Part shown: one piece after another, positions 29,846 to 39,753 of the stretch
How the letters are laid out: each line of letters begins with the position of its first letter
Numbering within the stretch: the stretch's first letter is position 1
Origin: Trueperaceae bacterium
GTDB lineage: Bacteria > Deinococcota > Deinococci > Deinococcales > Trueperaceae
Direction of reading: 5' to 3'
Length of the DNA: 64,000 bases
NCBI GenBank assembly: GCA_965214405.1
Contig: OZ243956.1
Span: 448,001 to 512,000, forward strand
The notes under the pieces: model-generated
Seen by the model: the letters and a program-made list of their open reading frames with translations, nothing else
Database searches by the model: none
Told to the model about the DNA's origin: nothing
Made by a program: the position numbers and the translations under genes

Positions 29846-32800
29846 ATGCCTGTATCGCCGGAACTTGCTGTTTATGCGCAGCCCGCTTTGGATTTTTTAC
29901 GGGAAACCTTTACAGCAGAAGCCATCTCTCAAGAAATTTCAATGGGTGCCACTATTGACGGCGGGAAAAAAGCAATTATGGCAGTCAGTGGAGCGATACG
30001 TCGCCGGATAAGGGAAGAACTGCCTGACGGCAAACTTCCCCTAAACGATGATTTGCGGGTGGGCATTCGCCAAGCGTATTTGAGCACCGCGAAAAAAATT
30101 ATTAAGGACTTCGAGAACCGGCATGGTGATCACACCGAAGCGCTAAGAATTATGCTCGAGCGTTTTGAAGAAGAGCTAAGTGAGGTTGACGAAGAGCATT
30201 ATGCCGAGCGTTACGAAGACCCGCTAAACACACCACTTATAAGGTATGAAGACGTTTATCAGCTCTTTCCTTCTTATCAAGGTGACTCGAGCCAGTTAAA
30301 AGATACAGTTGAAATTAGCCTAAGAAGTGAATTAAAAAACCGCTTCTCGGACGAGGAGTTACGTCCTGCGCTCGATGAACTTCTCATTTACATCCACCGC
30401 ACAGACGCTTTCACTGTCCTTCAGAGCTACTTTTTTGAGGATTATAAGACTAACGGTCGCTTAAAGGCCGCCTTCGACGGGATAATGCTGGTGCAGATCG
30501 TCAGCCGCCCGGAAAGTGATCTTACCGCACTTAGCACGCTACCCGAAGAAACACAAGCGCGAATTAAAGGATTTTTTGAAGTCCTGCGACTACAAGTTGC
30601 TGAACAAAACCAAGAGCTTGCTGGGGGGTTAGAAGCTTGCTTTGATGAGCATATAAGTTTGGTGCTTGCCGGGATACGTCAAGTAGAGGCAAAGGTTGAA
30701 GCTACTCAAGAAGTAGCCAGAGCCACTCTTGAACACGTCGTAGGTTTGAAGCAAGAAGTCAGAGAGTTACGCGAAGCCCGGAGCGAACAGGAAACGCAAC
30801 GCCACCAAACCCGCCAACGCGTCGCCGGAGCCCTGCTCGACCTCAAGGTTTTTGAAGGGCGGAGCGATGAACTTGCTGAACTTCAGCAGAGCATCGTTCA
30901 GGACAGCACGCGCCTCACACAAATCTGTGGCCCTGTTGGTAGAGGCAAAACAGCCTTGGCTACGCGCTTTATCAACGAGGACGGACACTTCGATTCTATC
31001 GTTTTTGTCTCCATCCGCTTTCAAGATCTACGTACCCTCGAGCCTGTTCTCACCTTGTTGCAAGAGACCCTGCCGCATGACCGGGCAGAACATCTAAAGA
31101 GTGTTTGGCAAAATCAAAAAGACTTCTCCGGCAACCTGACCGCCACCTTGCGAACCTGCATCGGAGACCGCAAAACGCTCATTGTAATTGATAACTTAGA
31201 GGACGCGCTGGAAGACGGGCACTTCAAACCCGCTTACGAATTGCTTAGAGTTTTCGTCTTCGCGACGGTGGCGTTTGCGAGCCACGCCTGCCAACTCCTT
31301 ACCACAGGCCGCAAACCGCTTGACATCACCAGCTTGGACCGAGATTTAGGCGGCGCGCTCAGCAGCCGAGAAATTTCTCTTGAAGAAGGTTTGGACCTTC
31401 AGCAAGGTAGTCAGCTTCTAAGGAATCTGGGCGATGGCAAAAGCGGTTTGAAAGATGCCAGCGACGAAGTCCTAAAACATATTGTGAGCGAGTGCGAAGG
31501 CATCCCGCTGGTGCTTACGAACTTGGTAGGTTTGCTCAAGCGAGGGCGTAATATGACGCTGACGCGCTTGCTCAGCACACCGGGTGAATTTAAGGCCCTG
31601 CGAGATGAACCCGCGAGAGTTCTTTATGAGAGCTTGAGTTGGAATGAGCAGAATGTCACGCAAGCTTTGGCAATTTATGGCACCAACGCGCCGGAGCTGG
31701 CGGTGCGCTACATACATCCCGAGTTGGATACCAGAAAATTGCTGCGGGTACTCGAGACCAGTTACGCCGTGCAGTTTAACAACACTGATCCCGTTACCTA
31801 TTCCCTGCGTCCCCTCGACCAAGACTATGCCTACGCCCAGATAGTCAAAGACGAGCGCAAGGCGCTCCACCTGCAAGCCGCTTCCTTCTATCGTGAGTTA
31901 CGTAAACCCGAAGAGGAATGGAAAACGCTCGAGGACCTGCAACCGCAATTAAATGAGTTCGAGCAACTAGTCAAGGCTGAAGAATTTGATAAAGCCTGCG
32001 ACCTCTTAGCAGATATCGACCATCTCTATTTGCTGCCGTGGGGACACGCCGCCCTTGTGCGCGACCTGCACCTACAGTTACGCGAAAAGGTGGACAACTG
32101 GGAATTAAACGAACTCCACCTTAGCCACTTGGGACTTGCTTACCGCGACCTGGGAGAGTTTATTTCGGCCATTGTGTACCTCGAGAAGGCTCTAGCATTC
32201 ACTCGTAAAAATGGTGGCGACCGACGGTGGGAGGGCAAGCGCTTATTCGACTTAGGCAGTGCCTACTACGCTTCAGGAGAGGCGCAAAAAGACTCAAACA
32301 AGATGCAAACAGCCGTTGATTACTATAGGGAAGCTTTGGCAATTTTTCGTGAGAAACGTCTAGCCCTGGCCTCCGATGCCCGGCAGATGGAAGGTGCTTG
32401 CTTTAACAATCTGGGCCTCGTCTACCGTATTTTGGGTAAAGTACATAAAGCCATCTACCATTCTAAGAAAGCTTTAGTCATCACCCGTGAAATTGATGAT
32501 CGGCAGGGTGAAGGTTCTTGCCTTAATAGCTTAGGCCTTGCCTACAGCGACTTGGGTAGAATGGAAAAAGCGATCCATTACTATAAACAGTCTTTGGTCA
32601 TTGCTAATGAAACTGCTAACCGGCGAGGGGCGCTAACTTGTCTCGGCAACCTTGGTAGCGCCTACTTTGTTTTAGGAGAAAGGTTTGAGGTGTTGGTGTG
32701 TTGGGTGGTGGCTTTGAATGGTTTTAATCAGAATGAATCACCAAATGGGCGTTTGGTTCTTCGTGGGTTGGTGGAACTGCGTTCTAGCACTCGCAACTTT

Positions 32801-32959
32801 GAAGAGGCTTTGCGTTTCCTCTTTCCTCATGGCGACGCCGTTTTAGAGGAAGCAACAGGACAAGGTGGGACGTTTTTTCAAGATGCTCCACCAGACTTTC
32901 CTGATACAATCCTTTTCCTAATAGACAGTTTCGAACAGAACCCAGAAAGCTCAATATGA
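29846..32959 (+). CDS. STAND (NB-ARC-like) NTPase with C-terminal TPRs and unrecognised N-terminal domain
   Basis: Walker A GPVGRGKT, Walker B LIVIDNLE, LLTTGR, CEGIPL; TPR units (LGLAY.DLG...AI.Y..KAL); lower GC. Confidence 0.85.
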   Translation: MPVSPELAVYAQPALDFLRETFTAEAISQEISMGATIDGGKKAIMAVSGAIRRRIREELPDGKLPLNDDLRVGIRQAYLSTAKKIIKDFENRHGDHTEALRIMLERFEEELSEVDEEHYAERYEDPLNTPLIRYEDVYQLFPSYQGDSSQLKDTVEISLRSELKNRFSDEELRPALDELLIYIHRTDAFTVLQSYFFEDYKTNGRLKAAFDGIMLVQIVSRPESDLTALSTLPEETQARIKGFFEVLRLQVAEQNQELAGGLEACFDEHISLVLAGIRQVEAKVEATQEVARATLEHVVGLKQEVRELREARSEQETQRHQTRQRVAGALLDLKVFEGRSDELAELQQSIVQDSTRLTQICGPVGRGKTALATRFINEDGHFDSIVFVSIRFQDLRTLEPVLTLLQETLPHDRAEHLKSVWQNQKDFSGNLTATLRTCIGDRKTLIVIDNLEDALEDGHFKPAYELLRVFVFATVAFASHACQLLTTGRKPLDITSLDRDLGGALSSREISLEEGLDLQQGSQLLRNLGDGKSGLKDASDEVLKHIVSECEGIPLVLTNLVGLLKRGRNMTLTRLLSTPGEFKALRDEPARVLYESLSWNEQNVTQALAIYGTNAPELAVRYIHPELDTRKLLRVLETSYAVQFNNTDPVTYSLRPLDQDYAYAQIVKDERKALHLQAASFYRELRKPEEEWKTLEDLQPQLNEFEQLVKAEEFDKACDLLADIDHLYLLPWGHAALVRDLHLQLREKVDNWELNELHLSHLGLAYRDLGEFISAIVYLEKALAFTRKNGGDRRWEGKRLFDLGSAYYASGEAQKDSNKMQTAVDYYREALAIFREKRLALASDARQMEGACFNNLGLVYRILGKVHKAIYHSKKALVITREIDDRQGEGSCLNSLGLAYSDLGRMEKAIHYYKQSLVIANETANRRGALTCLGNLGSAYFVLGERFEVLVCWVVALNGFNQNESPNGRLVLRGLVELRSSTRNFEEALRFLFPHGDAVLEEATGQGGTFFQDAPPDFPDTILFLIDSFEQNPESSI

Positions 32960-32993
32960 GGGCTGTAAAAGCTCTTCTGCTCGCTTCACACTT

Positions 32994-33404
32994 TTGGACG
33001 TGGCGCAGTTCAAAGCATCTGCTGAATTGTGCCGGGTGGTGGCGCGCGACTACACGCCGGACGAACGGGCGGGTTTTGAAGCGGGCGCGGCGCGTCTGGG
33101 CGTGACCCTGAGCGAGATGCTAGACCTCCTGGGCACCACCACCTTTGATGTATACCTAAACGACAAGGCGTACTGGAAGAACGTACCGAGCCGCGTGTGG
33201 GACTATACGATTGGCGGTTATCAGGTTATCAAAAAGTGGCTCTCTTACCGCGAGGCGGGGGTGCTGGGGCGCGCGCTGACGCCCGACGAGGCGCGGCACG
33301 TCACCAACACGGCGCGGCGGATTGCGGGGCTGCTGCTGCTCGAGCCGGAGCTAAACGAAGATTATGGCGCGGTCAAGGCGGAGGCTTACGCGTGGCCTGA
33401 GTGA
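32994..33404 (+). pseudogene. C-terminal remnant of a type ISP restriction-modification enzyme (specificity region)
   Basis: YLND.AYW.NVP..VWDYTIGGYQVIKKWLSYRE; no MTase/helicase part upstream. Confidence 0.7.
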
Positions 33405-33574
33405 GCGTATATTTGAGGGTAAAGACGTTCGCGTTATTTTGTTGAGAAGGTCCAGAGGCGAGATGACCCCACCTACTGAAATTCAAACGCTTACGATTGA
33501 AGGGCTACCCTCGAGCAGCTTAAGGCGTGAGCCAAGGCTAAAAGAGAACTAGAGGCGGGCAAGACGAGCGAATT

Positions 33575-33817
33575 TTATTCGTCTTCGGGTAAAGCGGTGA
33601 TGATTTCGTCCATGACTTTGCGCACGTCGGCGGCGTCTAGCTCGAGCTGCAAAGCCTTGGCGTAGAGTTCTCCCTCGGCGTCCCCGTAGGCCTCGCTGTT
33701 GGGGGGTAGCGTCTCGAGCTTTTCGATGAGTCCTAGCACCTCCTTACTGCTCTCTCTCAGCTCACCCAAAAGACGCGTTTGGTACTGCTTTAGACTCACT
33801 AATTTACTGGCAATCAC
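33575..33817 (-). CDS. Small helical hypothetical protein
   Basis: GGAGG RBS, 80 aa ORF. Confidence 0.55.
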   Translation of the reverse strand: MIASKLVSLKQYQTRLLGELRESSKEVLGLIEKLETLPPNSEAYGDAEGELYAKALQLELDAADVRKVMDEIITALPEDE

Positions 33818-33984
33818 CCTCTACCTCCGGGTAGCGCCTCGCGCAGTTTGGCGAGTATACGCGCGTAAACGTCGATGTCTTTCTAGGATTACCGTTTCAT
33901 TGTACACGCTTCTACAACGCTCTTTCGCCCTCGAGGGGTTTACTTATCCTCCCTCGCGGCGTACGCTCTTCACAAGGAGGAAGC

Positions 33985-34992
33985 GTGGAATACCGTTCTT
34001 TAAGCCGTACCGGCGTCAAAGTTAGCCCCCTGTGCTTGGGCTGCATGAACTTCGGCGGCAAAACCGAGCCGGAGGATTCGTACGACATCATCGACCGGGC
34101 GTTGGACGCGGGCATTAACTTTTTGGACACCGCCAACGTCTATAGCCGGGGCCGCAGCGAGGAGGTCACGGGGGAGGCGCTAAAACGCAACGGCAAGCGT
34201 GACAAGGTGGTGCTGGCAACGAAGGTCCACGGCGCGATGGATGACGACGACCCCAACGCGCGGGGCAATTCGCGGCGGCACATCATCGAACAGTGCGAGG
34301 CGAGCTTGAAGCGCCTGCAAACCGATTACATCGACCTCTACCAGATTCACCGCCCGCAACCGGACATCCCTATTGATGAGACCCTGGGCGCTTTAGACGA
34401 CCTCGTCCGCAAGGGTTACGTGCGCTACGTGGGCTCGAGCACCTTTGCAGCCTGGCAGCTTATGGAATCGCTGATGGTGTCTAAGGAGCGGGGCTTTACC
34501 CGTTTCATCTGCGAACAGCCGCCCTACAACATCCTGGACCGCCGCATCGAACGCGAACTCCTGCCGATGGCCGAGACCTACGGCGTCGGCATCATCCCCT
34601 GGAGCCCCCTGGCGGGCGGGCTCTTAACGGGCAAGTACAGCCGCGGCGCGCCCCTGCCCGAGGGCAGCCGTTACGAGAACGTCAAGGACAACAAGATTCA
34701 GCAGGGGCGGTATACCGAGGCGGCGTTTGAGGTGATTGGGGGGCTCGAGTCGCTCGTCAAAGACAAAAACTGCACCCTCTCCCAATTCGCGCTCGCCTGG
34801 TGTATGCACCAGCGCGGCGTCACGAGCCCCATCATCGGGCCGCGGACGATGGAGCAGTTAGAAGACAATCTCAAAGCCTTGGATATGATCATCAGCGACG
34901 AAGACCGTGAGCGCGTGGACGACCTCATCCCGCCGGGGCGGATGGTGTCGGCTTTTTACGAGGCTAACTTCGGGCCGCATCTTTATAGGTAG
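33985..34992 (+). CDS. Aldo/keto reductase
   Basis: GINFLDTANVY, LATK, SLKRLQTDYIDLYQIH, PWSPLAGGLLTGKY. Confidence 0.95.
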   Translation: MEYRSLSRTGVKVSPLCLGCMNFGGKTEPEDSYDIIDRALDAGINFLDTANVYSRGRSEEVTGEALKRNGKRDKVVLATKVHGAMDDDDPNARGNSRRHIIEQCEASLKRLQTDYIDLYQIHRPQPDIPIDETLGALDDLVRKGYVRYVGSSTFAAWQLMESLMVSKERGFTRFICEQPPYNILDRRIERELLPMAETYGVGIIPWSPLAGGLLTGKYSRGAPLPEGSRYENVKDNKIQQGRYTEAAFEVIGGLESLVKDKNCTLSQFALAWCMHQRGVTSPIIGPRTMEQLEDNLKALDMIISDEDRERVDDLIPPGRMVSAFYEANFGPHLYR

Positions 34993-35093
34993 AGAACGCC
35001 GTGGGGGAGGATTGGAGTCTAAAAGGGCTCGAGTCTTCCCTTAATGTTCACTCTTAAACCACGTTTCGTGACATACATACTCCAAACTGCTCT

Positions 35094-35120
35094 AACCACT
35101 AATCACCCATCACTAACCAC
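35094..35120. repeat. Short 7-mer tandem repeat
   Basis: TAACCAC TAATCAC CCATCAC TAACCAC. Confidence 0.5.
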
Positions 35121-35558
35121 TTAATTTACCACCCGCACCGGGTCGTTTTTAACCTTGCGCTGCCGCACCAGCAAATAGCTCGCCAGCCCCAGCGGCCCCG
35201 CGAAGAGCGTCAAGAGCAAGAATACGGCGGGGTTGACGCCCCAGTATTTGGCATCGCGGAAAATCCATACCCCGGCGAAGAGGTCCAGCGCGAGGTAGTG
35301 CGCCCAGCCTGCGAGAAAGCCCCACTCGCTCGAGAACCCCGCACGCAGCGCGTCAAACGAGAAAGAAAAACCGCCCACGCCGCTCCCGCCCCCCACAAGC
35401 GCGACGATAAGTAACAGGGTGTAGATGCCGCCGAGCGCGATAAAAGGCCAGTAGGAGAGCACGAGGCGCTGCGTCCATCGGGCGCGCGGAAAGAGCAGCA
35501 TCCCGAGCCAGATGGGCAGGGGAAGCAGGTTGAGGATGTTGAAGAGCGTTTCGGCCAT
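35121..35558 (-). CDS. ABA4-like (DUF4281) membrane protein
   Basis: GWAHYLALDLFAGVWI and LTLFAGPLGL. Confidence 0.85.
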   Translation of the reverse strand: MAETLFNILNLLPLPIWLGMLLFPRARWTQRLVLSYWPFIALGGIYTLLLIVALVGGGSGVGGFSFSFDALRAGFSSEWGFLAGWAHYLALDLFAGVWIFRDAKYWGVNPAVFLLLTLFAGPLGLASYLLVRQRKVKNDPVRVVN

Positions 35559-35608
35559 GTTTACAAGCGTACCTGATACGGCTTAGAGTTGTTGACTTTC
35601 AAGAAGGG

Positions 35609-36124
35609 TCAGCCAAGAAGGGTCAGCTCGTAACGGTACTCGTCGCTCACGCTGCCCTTGAATTCGTCCGCCCCTTTTATCTCCTCGACGCGCTCGAACC
35701 CCAGACGTTCGACCAGTCGTTGAGATTTTAGATTTCGCGTGTCGATGTTCGCTTCTAAACGGCTAACCCGTAAAATTTTGAGGTGCTCGAGCACAGCCTG
35801 CACCGCTTCGGTGGCGTAGCCCTGCCCCCAGCTTTCCGGGTGAAACATATAGGCGACGTGCGCTCGAGTCTCAGGTGTGACGGTTGCTTGCACCGTCCCA
35901 AGGGCTTTGTCGCCTGCGAACACAACCCAGTTTAGCCAATACTCCGCGCCGTCCGGCGAGCGGCGAGAGGACAAGCGCTCGCAACGCTCTCGGAGTATCT
36001 TTTCATCCGTGGGCGGGTCAGAGGGCACGAACTCATGCGTGCGCGAGTCGGCAAGGACGCGCATCATCGCGGCGGCGTGCTCGGGGCCTTGCGGCTCCAA
36101 GCGAAGACGTGGGGTTTCAAGCAT
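35609..36124 (-). CDS. RimJ/RimL-like GNAT acetyltransferase
   Basis: LETPRLRLEP, WGQGYATEAV, N.KSQRLVERLGF; start may be up to 36151. Confidence 0.88.
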   Translation of the reverse strand: MLETPRLRLEPQGPEHAAAMMRVLADSRTHEFVPSDPPTDEKILRERCERLSSRRSPDGAEYWLNWVVFAGDKALGTVQATVTPETRAHVAYMFHPESWGQGYATEAVQAVLEHLKILRVSRLEANIDTRNLKSQRLVERLGFERVEEIKGADEFKGSVSDEYRYELTLLG

Positions 36125-36165
36125 GGGATTAAGCCTTTCGGGTGATGGCACGACCTACTATAAAC

Positions 36166-37575
36166 TCAACCCTCTTTAAGAGCTTTGTAGAGCGCGCGGT
36201 AACGAGTCACGAGGTTTTCGTAACGCGGCGCGTTATGTCCCGGCTCGGCGATGAGGGCGGGCTCGAGCCCCCGCACCCCCGCCCCCGCCAGCACCGCCGC
36301 GCCCTTGGCGGAGGCGTTGTCAACGTCCGCAGAATAAAGGGGGCGGTTGAGCACGTCGGCAAGGAGTTGTTGGCGTAAAGGAGACCGCGCGCCGCCGCCC
36401 GTGAGAACGGAGGTTTCCGCGGTTCCGCCGACGCGCTCGAGCGCGTCCACCGCGTCTTTGAGGGCGAAAGTGGTGCCTTCAAGCGCGGCTCTTGCGAAAT
36501 GCGCCGGGCCGTGCGCCAGGGTGAGGCCGTAAAAGGTCCCCTTGGCGTGCGGGTCCATGTGCGGCGTGCGCTCGCCCGTCAGGTAGGGCAAAAAGAGGAG
36601 CCCGTCAGCGCCGGGAGGAACGGACGCGGCTTGGCGGAAAAATTCTTCCCAGCTCCAGCTAAAGAGGTCTCGAGTCCAGCCGAGCGCCAGCCCGACGTTT
36701 TGCACCGCGCCGAGGAGGTGCCAATTTCTCACGTGACAAAAAAGGTGAACCTGCAACGCGGGGTCGGGCGTGGGCGTTTCCAGGGCTGTGAATACCTGTC
36801 CGCCGCTCCCCAGGGTGATGAGCATGGGGCCAGGCTCACGCACCCCGCAGCCCGTCGCGGCGCTCGCCTGGTCGCCCGCGCCTGTGACGACGGGCAGACC
36901 GGCGGAGAGTTCCAAAACTTCCGCGGCCTCCTTTGTGAGTTCTCCTGCAACTTCATCAGAAGGAAGCACGGGAGGCAACAGAGAGGGCTCGAGCCCCAAC
37001 GCTACTACCACCCCCTGCGCCCATTCTCGTTTGGGCACGTCAAAAAGCAGCGTCGCCGAGGCGTCGGTGGGGTCGGTGGCGAGTGCGCCCGTGAGGCAGT
37101 AGCGCAGGTAATCTTTGGGGAGAAGCGCGCAGCGTGACGCCGCGTAAACGTGCGGCTCGAGCGCCTTGACCCACATGAGGCTGAGCCCGGTAAACCCCGC
37201 CGCGGCGGGGTTGCCGAGCACGTTGACTTGCGTGTCCCGGTCCACCTTGGCGTTAAACGTCTCTACCTGGGCGGCGGCTCGAGTGTCCGCCCAAACTATC
37301 GCGGGGCGCGTGGGTCTCCCCTTTTCATCTAACAGAACGAGCGAGTGCATCTGACCGGAGAGGCCGATGGCTTTCACCGCTCCGGTTTTCTCGGCAACCG
37401 CCGCCCGCACCGCCCTGACCGTTGCCGCCCACCAATCCGCCGGGTTTTGCTCCACCCAGCCGGGGCGCGGCGTGTGGAGGGAATAGTCAGCCGCGCCCTC
37501 GCCCTGCACCGCGCCCGCTTCGTCTACGAGCAGGGCTTTGACGCTCGAGGTGCCCAAGTCGATGCCTAAAAACAT
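36166..37575 (-). CDS. xylB: Xylulokinase / FGGY carbohydrate kinase
   Basis: GIDLGTSSVK, LSGQMH, LPKDYL, GAGDQA, FLPYLTGERTP, GGGARS. Confidence 0.85.
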   Translation of the reverse strand: MFLGIDLGTSSVKALLVDEAGAVQGEGAADYSLHTPRPGWVEQNPADWWAATVRAVRAAVAEKTGAVKAIGLSGQMHSLVLLDEKGRPTRPAIVWADTRAAAQVETFNAKVDRDTQVNVLGNPAAAGFTGLSLMWVKALEPHVYAASRCALLPKDYLRYCLTGALATDPTDASATLLFDVPKREWAQGVVVALGLEPSLLPPVLPSDEVAGELTKEAAEVLELSAGLPVVTGAGDQASAATGCGVREPGPMLITLGSGGQVFTALETPTPDPALQVHLFCHVRNWHLLGAVQNVGLALGWTRDLFSWSWEEFFRQAASVPPGADGLLFLPYLTGERTPHMDPHAKGTFYGLTLAHGPAHFARAALEGTTFALKDAVDALERVGGTAETSVLTGGGARSPLRQQLLADVLNRPLYSADVDNASAKGAAVLAGAGVRGLEPALIAEPGHNAPRYENLVTRYRALYKALKEG

Positions 37576-37654
37576 AAATGTTTAGGAGCGTGAGATTTTG
37601 CGCCTGTGGTCAAGGTTTACGACTCCTTCTGCCGTCTCAATCCTCTATCTATAC

Positions 37655-38482
37655 TCAAGCCTTGCCTGCCGCCTTGGTCACGCGTATCTTATCCCGCGCG
37701 GCCTCGCGCACCGCGTCTCTGGCGGCTTTGTAGACTTCATAGTGCATTTTCGCGTTTGGCGCGTCGCTGCTCCACACCTTGAGAAGGGGGCGGAGGATGC
37801 CCGCGCCAATGTTTACTTTGACGACGCCCAGCTTGACGGCCTCCGCCACGTCCTCGGCGGGAATGCCTGTGCCGCCGTGGAGGACCAGGGGCTTTTGCGC
37901 GGCTTGGGAGATAGCGCGGAGCCGGTCAAGGTCCAACGTGCTCGATTGGCCGTGTCTCGAGCCTACCGAACAGGCCACCATATCGGCCTCACCCTCGGAA
38001 AGCACGCGCGCCGCCACCTCGGGCTCGGTGAGGTGAACGTCGTCGTCGCCGCCCTCGCCCCCGCCGAAAGAGCCCGCGGCGGCCTCGAGCGCCGCCCCCG
38101 CCGCGTGCGCGAGTTCGGCCAGGCGTTTTGTGCGCCTCACGTTCTCCTCTACGGGATAGTCGGCCCCGTCGAACATGACCGACGCGTAGCCCGCGCGCAA
38201 GCACTGCACGATGCGTTCTAAGCTGTCGCCGTGGTCTAAGTGCAGGATGATGGGCACGGACGCGTCCGCCGCCAAGGCCTTAATCATCGCGGCCATCACG
38301 TGCGGAGAGCCCTGCTCTAAGTCGCCCGGATAGGTCTGGAGCATGACGGGCGCACTCTCCTCTTCGGCGGCCTCGACGCAGGCTCGAGCCATTTCTAAAG
38401 AGCAGACGTTAAATGAGGGCATTGCGTAGTGGTTGTCAAAGGCGCGTTGGATAAGGGGGCGGGCGTCGGAAACATAGGGCAT
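37655..38482 (-). CDS. Class II ketose-bisphosphate aldolase
   Basis: LHLDHG, SVMFDG, VGSRHG, LVLHGGTG, KVNI. Confidence 0.88.
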   Translation of the reverse strand: MPYVSDARPLIQRAFDNHYAMPSFNVCSLEMARACVEAAEEESAPVMLQTYPGDLEQGSPHVMAAMIKALAADASVPIILHLDHGDSLERIVQCLRAGYASVMFDGADYPVEENVRRTKRLAELAHAAGAALEAAAGSFGGGEGGDDDVHLTEPEVAARVLSEGEADMVACSVGSRHGQSSTLDLDRLRAISQAAQKPLVLHGGTGIPAEDVAEAVKLGVVKVNIGAGILRPLLKVWSSDAPNAKMHYEVYKAARDAVREAARDKIRVTKAAGKA

Positions 38483-38573
38483 GGTTGACTCTCCTCAAGG
38501 GCGTGCTTATGGCGTTGAAGTTTAGTGGCGGTAAAGCTGTCTACAAATCTTTCACCCGTCCTTTAAGTATCAC

Positions 38574-39338
38574 TTACCAAGAGGTGTAACCGCCGTCTAT
38601 GACGAGGTTCGTGCCCGTCGCAAACTTGGCCGCGTCCGAGGCCAGATACAACACCGCGTGCGCGACGTCGGCGGGCTCGCCCACGCGGCCTAAGGGGGTC
38701 AGCTCGAGCCACTCTTTTTTCCAGGCCTCGTTGGTCATGCCGAGCTTGGTCATCTCCGTGCCGATATAACCCGGTGACACCGAGTTGACGCGCACCCCGC
38801 GCGAGGCCCATTCAGCCGCGAGCGACTTGGTGAGCAAGATGACGCCCGCTTTCGAGGCGTTGTAGGCGGCCTGGGGTTGCGGTTTGTTAACAATCAGGCC
38901 CGACATCGAGGCGATGTTGACAATCACCCCCTGATTGCGCGCCAGCATCTTTTTACCCACCTCGCGGCAGCACCAGAAAACGCCGTTCAAGTTCACATTC
39001 ATCACGTCCAGCCAACCCTCGTCGGTCGTCTCCTCGGCGGGGGTGTTAAGGGCGACGCCCGCGTTGTTGACGAGAATGTCTACGGCCTCCACACGTTCAT
39101 ACACAGCCTCGGTCATCGCTTGCACGCTCTTTGGGTCGCGGACGTCCAGGGGCACAAAAAAGGCTTTGCGCCCGCCCTTTTCTATCTCCCTAACGGCCTC
39201 CTCGCCTGTCTCAGCATTGAATTCCGCCACGACGATGTCGGCCCCGGCGGCGGCGAGGGTGCGGGCGATCTCTAAGCCGATGCCGCGCCCCGCCCCCGTC
39301 ACGAGGGCCACGCGTCCGGTTAAATCATAAGCGTTCAC
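38574..39338 (-). CDS. SDR family polyol dehydrogenase
   Basis: TGAGRGIG, NNAG, NIASMSG, NKPQPQAAYNASK, GTNLVIDGG. Confidence 0.9.
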   Translation of the reverse strand: MNAYDLTGRVALVTGAGRGIGLEIARTLAAAGADIVVAEFNAETGEEAVREIEKGGRKAFFVPLDVRDPKSVQAMTEAVYERVEAVDILVNNAGVALNTPAEETTDEGWLDVMNVNLNGVFWCCREVGKKMLARNQGVIVNIASMSGLIVNKPQPQAAYNASKAGVILLTKSLAAEWASRGVRVNSVSPGYIGTEMTKLGMTNEAWKKEWLELTPLGRVGEPADVAHAVLYLASDAAKFATGTNLVIDGGYTSW

Positions 39339-39427
39339 GCCTCATCATAAACCGAATGTAGAGCCTACCTCAAAACTTCATCCCCTCTCGCCGCGCGTTG
39401 CGTTAGACTGGACCCTACGGAGGTCGG

Positions 39428-39739
39428 ATGAAAGTCGTATATATTTTGCAGATTGTGGGGCTGTTTCTGGTGGTGGGGTATCTTTTTTTACTCAATACGC
39501 TCAATCCGCAGACGGTGATTTTGCCCCTCTTGTCGCCCCTACCAACCGCGCTCGTTATCTTTTTGGCCCTCCTCATCGGCTGGTTGCTGGGCTGGCTGCC
39601 GAGCCGCTTGCGGGTGCGGCGGCTCAACCGAGACAACCGCGGGCTGCGGGAGCGGCTCGACAGGCTCGAGCGCCACCTCCCCGTGTTCGGTGAGCGCTCC
39701 GCCTTGACCGTCATCCCCGACCGCCGCCGGGAATCCTAA
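39428..39739 (+). CDS. LapA-like small membrane protein
   Basis: Two TM helices, N..TVIL, basic coiled tail; GGAGG RBS. Confidence 0.65.
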   Translation: MKVVYILQIVGLFLVVGYLFLLNTLNPQTVILPLLSPLPTALVIFLALLIGWLLGWLPSRLRVRRLNRDNRGLRERLDRLERHLPVFGERSALTVIPDRRRES

Positions 39740-39753
39740 ATGGCTAATACTTT

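Noticed and set aside
4144..32959. Caspase-like protease and STAND-TPR protein as one inflammasome-like system
   Set aside because: About 25 kb apart with housekeeping genes between; no sequence evidence of linkage
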